32,000 bases of DNA. Source: Edaphobacter aggregans. GTDB lineage: Bacteria > Acidobacteriota > Terriglobia > Terriglobales > Acidobacteriaceae. The notes under the pieces are model-generated. The model was not told where the DNA came from. It made no database searches and saw nothing but the letters and a program-made list of their open reading frames with translations. The stretch covers positions 720,001 to 752,000 of the forward strand of contig NZ_RSDW01000001.1 of assembly GCF_003945235.1 (NCBI RefSeq), in the 5' to 3' direction. Shown here one piece after another: positions 9,073 to 17,125 of this stretch. A program made the translations under genes and the position numbers. The number at the start of each line of letters is the position of its first letter. Position 1 is the stretch's first letter.

Positions 9073-9813
9073 ATGTCTAAATTAGCTAATAGAGTGGCAC
9101 TCGTTACCGGTGGTTCACGAGGTATTGGTGCAGCAATCGCAAAGCGTCTGGCCTCAGATGGAGCAAGCGTGGCCATCACGTATGCCAAGGATGCCACCGC
9201 AGCCTCCGCCGTCGTCAAAGCGATCGAACTCGCCGGCGGAAAAGCTGTCGCGATTCAGGCAGACGCCGCCGACACCAAGGCAGTCAATGACGCTGTCGAA
9301 AAAGCCGTTGCAACCCTCGGTCGGCTTGATGTGCTTGTGAACAACGCCGGCACGGCCATTCCGAAGAAGTTTGAGGAGACCACGCTTGAAGAGATGGATC
9401 GCATGATCGACATCAACCTTCGCGGCGTATTCGTCACGACCCAGGCGGCGCTCAAGCACATGAACGATGGCGGCCGCATCATCAATATCGGCTCGTGCGT
9501 AGGCGAGCGACTGATGACACCGGGGCTGGTGCCTTACGCGGCCACGAAAGGCGCCGTCAAGATGTTCACTCAAGGGCTGTCCAGAGAGGTCGGAAACCGG
9601 GGCATCACGGTCAACAACGTCCAGCCGGGTCCCATCGACACCGATCTGAATCCCGCTGCGGGCGATTGGGCCACGCCTCAAAAGGCCGCCACAGCGCTCG
9701 ACCGCTACGGCAGCGTAGATGAGGTCGCCGCATTGGTGTCCTTCGTCGCCGGTCCGGAGTCCTCATACATTACCGGCGCGAATCTGACTGTCGATGGCGG
9801 AACGAACGCCTGA
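9073..9813 (+). CDS. Short-chain dehydrogenase/reductase (classical SDR, FabG-like)
   Basis: ORF 9046-9813 trimmed to ATG 9073, with AAGGAG at 9062-9067. It has TGGSRGIG (TGxxxGxG), NNAG and YAATK (YxxxK) motifs. Confidence 0.9.
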   Translation: MSKLANRVALVTGGSRGIGAAIAKRLASDGASVAITYAKDATAASAVVKAIELAGGKAVAIQADAADTKAVNDAVEKAVATLGRLDVLVNNAGTAIPKKFEETTLEEMDRMIDINLRGVFVTTQAALKHMNDGGRIINIGSCVGERLMTPGLVPYAATKGAVKMFTQGLSREVGNRGITVNNVQPGPIDTDLNPAAGDWATPQKAATALDRYGSVDEVAALVSFVAGPESSYITGANLTVDGGTNA

Positions 9814-9892
9814 ACCAACCCACAAACTCAGTCCATGGATCTGAACAAAGATGCGTCCATGGCGACATTCAGAGGCAGTGGATCGAAAACCA

Positions 9893-9939
9893 GGTACCCC
9901 ATCTTAGGCGCGGTTGCATTGCTCCTAAGATGGGGTACC
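9893..9939. repeat. Palindromic (REP-like) element, CCCCATCTTAGGCGC family, copy 2; possible bidirectional terminator
   Basis: GGTACCCCATCTTAGG (9893-9908) and CCTAAGATGGGGTACC (9924-9939) form a perfect 16-bp inverted repeat with a 15-nt loop. It lies between convergent stops at 9813 (+) and 9972 (-). No T tract follows. Confidence 0.65.
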
Positions 9940-9971
9940 ACCCGACCGCGCGATCCCCGAATAACCTGAAT

Positions 9972-10826
9972 CTAAGGAGCAGGAGGAGCACTCTCCTTCG
10001 TCACCATCTCCGCACTAAGCCGAATCGCCCCACTCCCCACCATCATGCTCCGCGTCCAGTCCTGATACCCAGTCTTCTTCACGACAATCTCATGCTTGCC
10101 CGGAGCAAGGTTCAACGTCGAAGGCGTACTCCCCACAAAATTTCCGTCCACCTCGATATCGCAGTTCGGCACACTCGCTTCAATCGTGAGACCAGATGCA
10201 GCGCTGGCAACAGCGGCGCTACTCGCAGCGGCCGGTGCAAACTTCGCCATATCAAGCTTCATGTCTCCTGACACAAACGCCGTAACCTCAGTCCCCTTCG
10301 GAATCGTGATGTCCTTGCCGTGAATGAATAACAGAAGCGGGGCCGCAGGGAAGAAAACTATCGCCGTTCCTACCATCCCGGCCGTCATCGCCCCGGTGTG
10401 TCCGCCACCCTTCGCATTCTGCGTGGCGCTCAGCGCAGCCTTCTCTCCGTCGATCAAACGCACCGAGTCGATATTCACATCCAGCTTGCCGCCGCGGCCC
10501 ATACTCTTTTTAGCTTCGGCTGTAGTCACTGTTGCCAGCGCCTGCGCACCCTTGGCGATCACCGGCACACCTTCAACATCAACCTCTTCCAACACCTCAA
10601 ACGAGACCTGTTGCCCGGCCTTCGCCGTCGCCGAAGTCAGATTCTCCGCTAACCGCAACTTGATCGCTGTCCCATCCTGCAAGGTATTCGGTGGAGGTGG
10701 CCCACTCACCACCGGAGCCGCAACCGGAGCAACTGCCGGAACCACCGGAGCCTTATCTTTTTGTCCAAAAGCACTATCGCCCAATGCAAGAAACACAACA
10801 AGGGATGTTGCAAGCAAACGCCGCAT
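9972..10826 (-). CDS. Secreted PEGA-domain protein
   Basis: ATG at 10824-10826; the ORF track uses an upstream TTG ending at 10835. Signal peptide is MRRLLATSLVVFLALGDSAFGQ. The C-terminal block CDIEVDGNFVGSTPSTLNLAPGKHEIVVKKTGYQDW matches the PEGA pattern. Confidence 0.7.
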   Translation of the reverse strand: MRRLLATSLVVFLALGDSAFGQKDKAPVVPAVAPVAAPVVSGPPPPNTLQDGTAIKLRLAENLTSATAKAGQQVSFEVLEEVDVEGVPVIAKGAQALATVTTAEAKKSMGRGGKLDVNIDSVRLIDGEKAALSATQNAKGGGHTGAMTAGMVGTAIVFFPAAPLLLFIHGKDITIPKGTEVTAFVSGDMKLDMAKFAPAAASSAAVASAASGLTIEASVPNCDIEVDGNFVGSTPSTLNLAPGKHEIVVKKTGYQDWTRSMMVGSGAIRLSAEMVTKESAPPAP

Positions 10827-11084
10827 GTTTTTCAACCTATTTTTCTAGTTTTTAGAAGCCACCCAAAGGTACTTGTAAAAGTGTGACCCAACAAGTAACA
10901 AATTCGTTAGCAGAAGAATCCGGTGAGCGTCGCAATGCGACAGCTCCTGATTCGTCAGCAATCGAATGGATGACACTCTCCGACGTGCATAAAGTCAAAC
11001 AAGAACCAGGCCCGGCGCTAAGCCGGTATATCCTTTGTTTTAAAGACATTGGGACTTTTCAACCAAGAGGGAGAGAGGGTACAC

Positions 11085-12425
11085 ATGCAGCACAACACAA
11101 CGCGTCGCCGGAGCACTCACACTCTCCTCCTAAGCCTAGCCGCGCTTTATTTACCCACAGCCTTCGCAGCCCACGCACAAGCACCCAATCCCAACCTGAT
11201 GAAGTACAGCTGCGGCCCAGCCAACCGCCTCTTCGCGACCCTCTCCCCCACCTCGCGCTTCACCGGCACCAACTCCGGCTTCGACCTAATCGACTCCCCC
11301 ACCATCTCCGACGGCTCCTGCCACAGCGACAAACCCTTCTTCTTCTCCGTCGCCATCCCCGAAGGCAACTACCACGTCGTCCTCACTCTCGGAGGCCCGC
11401 AAGCCTCCGTCACCACTGTCCGAGCCGAAGGCCGCCGCCTCATGCTCGAGAAGATCCCCACCGCCCCCAACGCCTCCGTAACCCGCACCATCGAAGTCAA
11501 CGTCCGCGTCCCCGAAATCGCCGGCGACCCCAACCATACCGTCAAGCTCAAGGCCCGCGAACAAGGCATCCTCAACTGGGACCACAAGCTCACCCTCGAG
11601 TTCAACGGCGACAACCCCAGCGTCCGCTCCATCTCCATCGCGCCCTTCTCCAAAGCCGTCCCCGAGCCCACCATCTATCTCGCAGGCGACTCCACCGTAG
11701 TTGACCAGTACTACGAACCCTGGGCCGCCTGGGGCCAGATGCTCCCGCGCTTCTTCACCCCCGGCGTCGTCATCGCCAACCACGCCGAATCCGGCGAGAC
11801 AACCCGCTCCTTCGTCTCTGAAAACCGCCTCGCCAAGATCATGTCCCTCATCCAGCCCGGCGACTACCTCTTCATCCAGTTCGCCCACAACGACCAGAAG
11901 CCCAATGCCGTCTCCCTCGACGACTACAAAAAACTCCTCGCCGACTACATCGCGCAAACCCGCGCCAAGCAAGCCACTCCCGTCCTAGTCACCAGCATGA
12001 ACCGCCGCACCTTCGACGCCGACGGCAAGATCACCAACTCCCTCGCCGCCTACCCCGACGCCATGCGCGAAGTCGCCGCCGCCCAGCACGTAGCCCTCAT
12101 TGACCTCAACGCCATGTCGAAAACCCTCTTCGAAGCTCTCGGCCCTGAAGCCTCCATGAAGGCCTTCATGCACTATCCCGCCAACGCCTACCCCAACCAG
12201 ACCGAAGCTATCAACGACGACACTCACTTCAACAGCTACGGAGCCTATGAACTAGCCCGCAGCGTCGTCCACGGAATCCGCGAAGCCAACCTCCCCATCG
12301 CAAAGTTCCTCACCCCCGACGTCCCCGACTTCGACCCCGCCCACCCCGACTCTCTCACCGACTTCCATCTACCCCCCACCCCCATCCTCCTAAAAACCGA
12401 TCCCACCAAAATCGGCCAAACCTAA
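11085..12425 (+). CDS. SGNH/GDSL hydrolase, rhamnogalacturonan acetylesterase-like (CE12) with an N-terminal extra domain
   Basis: ORF 11049-12425 trimmed to ATG 11085 (GAGGGAGAGAGGG upstream), with signal-like TLLLSLAALYLPTAFAAHAQA. SGNH blocks are IYLAGDSTV (I), FIQFAHNDQK (III) and DDTHFN (V), as in CE12 esterases. Confidence 0.75.
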   Translation: MQHNTTRRRSTHTLLLSLAALYLPTAFAAHAQAPNPNLMKYSCGPANRLFATLSPTSRFTGTNSGFDLIDSPTISDGSCHSDKPFFFSVAIPEGNYHVVLTLGGPQASVTTVRAEGRRLMLEKIPTAPNASVTRTIEVNVRVPEIAGDPNHTVKLKAREQGILNWDHKLTLEFNGDNPSVRSISIAPFSKAVPEPTIYLAGDSTVVDQYYEPWAAWGQMLPRFFTPGVVIANHAESGETTRSFVSENRLAKIMSLIQPGDYLFIQFAHNDQKPNAVSLDDYKKLLADYIAQTRAKQATPVLVTSMNRRTFDADGKITNSLAAYPDAMREVAAAQHVALIDLNAMSKTLFEALGPEASMKAFMHYPANAYPNQTEAINDDTHFNSYGAYELARSVVHGIREANLPIAKFLTPDVPDFDPAHPDSLTDFHLPPTPILLKTDPTKIGQT

Positions 12426-12430
12426 CGACA

Positions 12431-12605
12431 TCGTCGCTGTCTCTTCTTCTCAAACCACGCAAGAATCGTCATCTCGACCGAAGCAGCCCACAGTCTCATC
12501 GTGAGCTGCGCAGTGGAGAGACCCCCCATTTGCTTTTGCGTCGCCTTTACTTTTCTGTTTGTCACCCCGTAGGGATCTACTTTTGCCGTTGCCTGTTCCT
12601 TTCGA
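12431..12605 (+). repeat. Composite intergenic repeat, copy 1 (hairpin module plus GTCAyCCC...GATCT unit)
   Basis: Positions 12478-12519 match 17182-17223 at 38 of 42 positions. Unit 12555-12593 (CTGTTTGTCACCCCGTAGGGATCTACTTTTGCCGTTGCC) matches units at 17139, 17273, 19268 and 19339. It fills the gap between convergent genes. Confidence 0.7.
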
Positions 12606-12620
12606 TACAGTTGCCTCGAA

Positions 12621-13169
12621 TCACATCTCCGCCAGCAAAGCCATCACATCCGCCCGAAAATCCCTCTCCCGCACAACCCCAACATAAGTCTTCGCCACCT
12701 TCCCATTCCGATCCACCAGAATCGTAGTCGGCAATCCCTCCATCCCATAAACCATCTGCGACATCGCCGCCGGAAACACCACCGGATAAGGCACCTGAAA
12801 CTTCTCCGCAAAGTCCTTCACCTTATCTCTTCCACCCTCATCCATCGCAACCCCAACAACCACCAGCCCCTTCGGCCCCAGCTCCTGCGACAGCCGTATC
12901 AACCCCGGAGTCTCTTCCCAGCAAGGGGAACACCAGCTAGCCCAGTAGTTGATCAGCACCACCTGCCCACGATGCTCCGCCAGCCGCCACGAGCCTCCTC
13001 CAAGTTGCTCCAGCACCAACTCCGGCATGTGCCTCCGAGCAGCCACCGGAGTCAGCCCACCCGACCGCCGCGGTTGATGCGCCAGCGCAAACACCAGCAG
13101 CACCGTCCCTAGTACTGCAAAGCCATACTGCATCCACCGAGCCCGTCGCCCATCCACTCGACTCTCCAT
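12621..13169 (-). CDS. TlpA/ResA-like thiol:disulfide oxidoreductase (thioredoxin fold, membrane-anchored)
   Basis: ORF 12621-13346 trimmed to ATG 13167-13169 (GGGAGAGGG upstream on the coding strand). It has an N-terminal TM segment (WMQYGFAVLGTVLLVFALA), a WCSPC redox motif (INYWASWCSPCWEE) and a redoxin-like C-terminus. Confidence 0.85.
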   Translation of the reverse strand: MESRVDGRRARWMQYGFAVLGTVLLVFALAHQPRRSGGLTPVAARRHMPELVLEQLGGGSWRLAEHRGQVVLINYWASWCSPCWEETPGLIRLSQELGPKGLVVVGVAMDEGGRDKVKDFAEKFQVPYPVVFPAAMSQMVYGMEGLPTTILVDRNGKVAKTYVGVVRERDFRADVMALLAEM

Positions 13170-13272
13170 GCGACCCTCTCCCAGATCATACCCACCGCAA
13201 ACCACTCGCTCACCAGTCCCCGCATCGGATACAGTGAACACTAGCGAGAGCTCAGAGGCCAACCAGACCCAC

Positions 13273-14577
13273 ATGACCCAACGCACCACCCTACTCAAAA
13301 CCCTGGCGCTCCTCGCACTCCTCCTCATCACCACCACCCAGGGCAACCCCTACTCCGTCCAGACCCACGAAGAGATCATCGACCTCGCCTGGAAGAACTC
13401 CATACGCCCCGTCATCCTCAAGCACTTCCCCAACCTCACCGACGCACAGCTCAACGAAGCCCATGCCTACGCTTACGGCGGCTCCGCCATACAGGACTTC
13501 GGCTACTATCCCTTCGGCAACGCCTTTTTCTCCGATCTCACCCACTACGTCCGCTCCGGCGACTTCGTTATCAGCCTCCTCCGCAACGCGCAAACTCCCG
13601 ACGACCTCGCCTTCGCCATCGGCTCCCTCTCCCACTACATTGGCGACAACATCGGCCACAGCTACGCCATCAACCACGCCGTCCCCATCGAATTCCCCAA
13701 GCTAAGCCAGCGATACGGCCCCATCGTCAACTACGCCGAAGGCCCACATCAGCACGTCCAAACCGAGTTCGCCTTCGACATCAACCAACTCAGCAAGGAA
13801 CGCTTCGCCCCCTCCCGCTACCTCAAGCACGTCGGCCTCGAAGTCCCCCGCCCCCTGCTCCGCACCGCCTTCTACGAGACCTACGGCCTCAACCTGCCCG
13901 ACATCATCGGCAGCAAAGAGACCTCCATCCGCGTCTACCGCTTCGCCGTCCGCAGCTTTCTTCCCGACATCGCCCGCGCCCAGACCATCCTCCACAAAAA
14001 CAACTTCCCTCAAGACACCCCAAGCGACGATCTCACACAATTGCAGGCCGAACTCCTCCAGATAGCCACCGAAGACAACTGGCAAGAATACCGGCACAAA
14101 CCAGGCGTCGGAAGTCATCTCTACGCCGGCTTCATCTACATCGTTCCCAAAGTAGGCGTCCTCAAGATGCTGGACATTCGTGGCCCCAACGTCCAGACCG
14201 AAGACCTCTACATACACAGCATCAATCGTTCTCTCAAAGCACTCCGCCTCGTCATGGCCAACTACGATCGCATCGACCACTACATCTCGAACCGAGACCT
14301 CGACACCGGCGTCGTCGTCAAGCCCGGCGGCTACCCCCTCACCGACAAAACCTACGCAAAACTGCTAGCTGAGCTAACACGGAACCCCACACGGCCCATC
14401 CCCATCCAGCTCAAACACGACATACAGGACTACTACGCCGATCCTCTCGCCCCCATCACCACCAAAAAAGATCCAAAGCAATGGGCAGCGGTCCAAGCGA
14501 ACTTGAAGACCCTCGACACTATGAAAACCCTCGGAGAGATGGACCCCATTCCCGACGAGATTCTCGACTCAGAGTAA
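13273..14577 (+). CDS. Secreted protein resembling the zinc-dependent phospholipase C family (assignment tentative)
   Basis: ORF 13168-14577 trimmed to ATG 13273, with signal peptide MTQRTTLLKTLALLALLLITTTQG. The pattern YSVQTHEEIIDLAW...AHAYAYGGSAIQDFGYYPFG...HYVRSGDF...SHYIGDNIGH is remembered from proteins annotated as Zn-dependent PLC family. The CDS itself is well supported. Confidence 0.6.
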   Translation: MTQRTTLLKTLALLALLLITTTQGNPYSVQTHEEIIDLAWKNSIRPVILKHFPNLTDAQLNEAHAYAYGGSAIQDFGYYPFGNAFFSDLTHYVRSGDFVISLLRNAQTPDDLAFAIGSLSHYIGDNIGHSYAINHAVPIEFPKLSQRYGPIVNYAEGPHQHVQTEFAFDINQLSKERFAPSRYLKHVGLEVPRPLLRTAFYETYGLNLPDIIGSKETSIRVYRFAVRSFLPDIARAQTILHKNNFPQDTPSDDLTQLQAELLQIATEDNWQEYRHKPGVGSHLYAGFIYIVPKVGVLKMLDIRGPNVQTEDLYIHSINRSLKALRLVMANYDRIDHYISNRDLDTGVVVKPGGYPLTDKTYAKLLAELTRNPTRPIPIQLKHDIQDYYADPLAPITTKKDPKQWAAVQANLKTLDTMKTLGEMDPIPDEILDSE

Positions 14578-14628
14578 AACGCGCAGCCTCACAGCAAGGC
14601 TCCCCCACGCACGTCCTCGCAACCCGCG

Positions 14629-16404
14629 CTAATGCTCCATACTGAAATGAAAATTGATATACGTCATGACCTCCACCGCCTTCCCATTCATCAGGTAGGG
14701 TCTGTATCGCCAATTCCGCATCGCATCCACCGCAGCCTGCTGCAGCCCCGCCGGCCCGCTCACTGCCGTCACATTCTCGATCTTTCCATCTTCCGCGATC
14801 AAAGCCCTCACCATCACGTCACCCTCTGTTCGCTGAAAGTGCGCAACCTGGGGATAAGTGGGCTTAGGCGCCGCAATCACATAACGCGTCAGCGTTGAAG
14901 CAGACACAAATACAGCTTTAGAAGTTGGTGGCGCCGCCGGCGGAACTGCCGCAGGCGGAGGCGTGACCTTGGCAGCAGTAGCACTCACGTCCGGCCCCGC
15001 CCTCAGAATCGATGGGGATCTGGCACTGGCAACCGCCCCCAGACCTGCCGTCATGCGCGGCGCATCCGAAGAACCATTCGCTACAACCGGCGGCGGCGCA
15101 TCCACCTTCGCAACATGGATCTTCCCCGGCTGATTTCCAAACTCAGTCCGCACCCCTGTTAACGGCCGATTTCCCGGCCCCATGTAATTTTGCCCTGTCT
15201 GATTCGGCCCGTTACGATCTGGCCCACTTACCAGTCCACCCGAACTTCCCTGCCCACCCTGTCCCGCTGCTGCCAGTACTCTTAGTTTCTCTGCTTGCCG
15301 CGCAGTCGCTTCCTGCTTCTCCTGCGCCTTCAGCCCAGGCCCAGCCGCACCGTTCCCTCCTCCGCGCCCCGGCGGATCCAGGCCATGCGTCCCACCCACC
15401 CCGTCGTGCAGAGCACCAGTAGCCGCCACCGCTGCAGCAACCCGGCTCTCACCAGAATCCTGCCGCCGGCCACGATAGAAAAACACACCCGCAGCACTCG
15501 CCAGCACAAACAAGAGCACCCCCAGCGCAGCCAGCACCCAGTAGAGCCGTCGCAATTGTTTAGGTTCCGCCTGCTTCCAGGTAGCTGGCGCGACGACCAT
15601 GCCGATCTTCGCCACCTCCACTCCACGCCCCGCAATCGCCTGCTCCCCTGATCGAGGCTCCATAAGCTCTGTCTGCGAAAACCGCTGTGCCGGAAGCTTC
15701 GACCGCCCATTCGTCTCCGCCCGCGGCAAACTCTCCGCCGTCGAACTGATCCGCGCCGTCAGGTCATCCAGATGTGGCTCAATCCGCTCCATCCGATGAT
15801 CGATGCTATCCAGATGCAGCTTCAGTTCCAGCGTATTCAGCTCCAGTCTGCTCAGCGCCTCCTTCACCGCAGGCCCACCGAACAGCGATGCCGTCAGCCC
15901 CTCCAGATCACTCTGCGGCCCCCTGCTCAGCCGATGCTCCAGCTCCAGCGCCTCTTTCTCTTCACTCTCCTCATCCTCATTCGCAACGACAGCAATCCCG
16001 CCCTTCGTCTCTTCACGCTTGCTCGCAATCTGTTCCACCTTCGTCGGCACACCCTCCGACTCCGCCTCACACCACCCTCCAATGCCAGCCAGAAACACCA
16101 CCACCAGGCTGATCGACACCGCATTCTTCTCCAGGCTTTCAATCTCCAGCCCAGCTATCGCAATCGCAATGATCGTCAGCATCCGCGTCAGCGTCAGCCG
16201 CCCCGCCGCCCGCTGCCCGGTCGACTTCGTCAACTTCGCAAAGTCCAAGCGGAACTTCTCGTCATACGCCAGCTTCGGAGCCAGCTGCAAAAAATCCTTC
16301 GGCGTTCCAAAGCTCACCTCATGCTTGCCGAACAACTCCTGAAACTCGGCAATGTACCCCCCATAACGGCCAAAGGTCTCCTGCGCGTTTGAGAAGAAGG
16401 ACAT
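14629..16404 (-). CDS. TonB C-terminal-domain protein with a long atypical N-terminal extension
   Basis: 591-aa ORF. The C-terminal ~80 aa (YPQVAHFQRTEGDVMVRALIAEDGKIENVTAVSGPAGLQQAAVDAMRNWRYRPYLMNGKAVEV) is TonB_C-like. Before it come a Gly/Pro-rich spacer and a TM helix (LYWVLAALGVLLFVLASAAGVFFY, about residues 287-310). Residues 1-285 add two further hydrophobic helices and an acidic coiled-coil-like stretch. Confidence 0.75.
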   Translation of the reverse strand: MSFFSNAQETFGRYGGYIAEFQELFGKHEVSFGTPKDFLQLAPKLAYDEKFRLDFAKLTKSTGQRAAGRLTLTRMLTIIAIAIAGLEIESLEKNAVSISLVVVFLAGIGGWCEAESEGVPTKVEQIASKREETKGGIAVVANEDEESEEKEALELEHRLSRGPQSDLEGLTASLFGGPAVKEALSRLELNTLELKLHLDSIDHRMERIEPHLDDLTARISSTAESLPRAETNGRSKLPAQRFSQTELMEPRSGEQAIAGRGVEVAKIGMVVAPATWKQAEPKQLRRLYWVLAALGVLLFVLASAAGVFFYRGRRQDSGESRVAAAVAATGALHDGVGGTHGLDPPGRGGGNGAAGPGLKAQEKQEATARQAEKLRVLAAAGQGGQGSSGGLVSGPDRNGPNQTGQNYMGPGNRPLTGVRTEFGNQPGKIHVAKVDAPPPVVANGSSDAPRMTAGLGAVASARSPSILRAGPDVSATAAKVTPPPAAVPPAAPPTSKAVFVSASTLTRYVIAAPKPTYPQVAHFQRTEGDVMVRALIAEDGKIENVTAVSGPAGLQQAAVDAMRNWRYRPYLMNGKAVEVMTYINFHFSMEH

Positions 16405-16564
16405 GATGGAGCCAAATAATACGCCAACTTCGAGTTACTTTCTAAATCCCGCCACATTCTGAATAGGCAAAACATTTCATACTAGCGTACAACTACAACA
16501 GTCCATTCACGATGCGTGACGCATCCCGCACCTGCATCCAACTAAAGACATATCAGGAGAAGCG

Positions 16565-17125
16565 ATGACACTCGCTCGCAAAGCATCAGCAGCAACTCTC
16601 AAAGCAGCCGTGGCGCTGCTGGCCATTACCCTAAGCTCCACCATCGGATGCAACACCAAAAACAAGCCCACGCCCGAAAACTTCATCAGCACCCTCAACG
16701 CCTATTTCCTCGAGCACCCCGACTGTCTCCTCGTCGACACGCGCTTCCCCTACGAGACCAGCGACCCCGCAAAAACCAAACAGCTCAACACCCTCGTTAA
16801 ATCCCAACTCCTCGAAGTCAGTGTCGAAACCGCAATCCACGCCAGCCGCTTCACCGTGACGCCCACCGGAGCCCGCTACGCTCCGCGCTTCTGCTTCGGC
16901 CACCGCGTCGTCACCAGCATCGACAGCCAAACGCCCCTCACCGTAGTCAACGGCTTCCGCCAAACCCAGGTCACCTACCACTACAAGATGGAAGACGTCC
17001 CCGTCTGGGCCAAATCCGACGACGTCCTGGCAGCCTTCCCCAAACTAGCCGCCGCCACCAGCGGCCAGGCCTCCGACAACGCCACCCTCGCCCAAACCAT
17101 AGCCGGCTGGCAAATCCCCGACTAG
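16565..17125 (+). CDS. Hypothetical lipoprotein
   Basis: AGGAG at 16555-16559 precedes ATG 16565. The N-terminus ends in a lipobox-like LSSTIGC (MTLARKASAATLKAAVALLAITLSSTIGCN). Codon bias is native-like. Confidence 0.65.
   Translation: MTLARKASAATLKAAVALLAITLSSTIGCNTKNKPTPENFISTLNAYFLEHPDCLLVDTRFPYETSDPAKTKQLNTLVKSQLLEVSVETAIHASRFTVTPTGARYAPRFCFGHRVVTSIDSQTPLTVVNGFRQTQVTYHYKMEDVPVWAKSDDVLAAFPKLAAATSGQASDNATLAQTIAGWQIPD

Noticed and set aside
7322-9939. The two CCCCATCTTAGGCGC palindromes as transposon terminal inverted repeats or integron attC sites bounding a cassette
   Set aside because: Each element is self-complementary rather than the pair being inverted relative to each other. No transposase or integrase is present. 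The arms do not place RYYYAAC/GTTRRRY cores at the outer ends as in attC. The FAD oxidase between them has native-like composition.
10883-11972. ORFs 10883-11704 (+, 273 aa) and 11286-11972 (-, 228 aa) overlapping the CE12 esterase
   Set aside because: They are alternative or antisense frames of a gene with intact SGNH blocks. Their Arg/Pro-rich or Gly/Asp-rich translations are low complexity.
15772-16392. Several plus-strand ORFs (14632-14898, 15012-15422, 15295-15651, 15772-16392, 15803-16342) across the TonB-like gene
   Set aside because: All are antisense to one long ORF that ends in a recognisable TonB C-terminal domain. Their translations are Pro/Ser/Arg-rich with no motifs.
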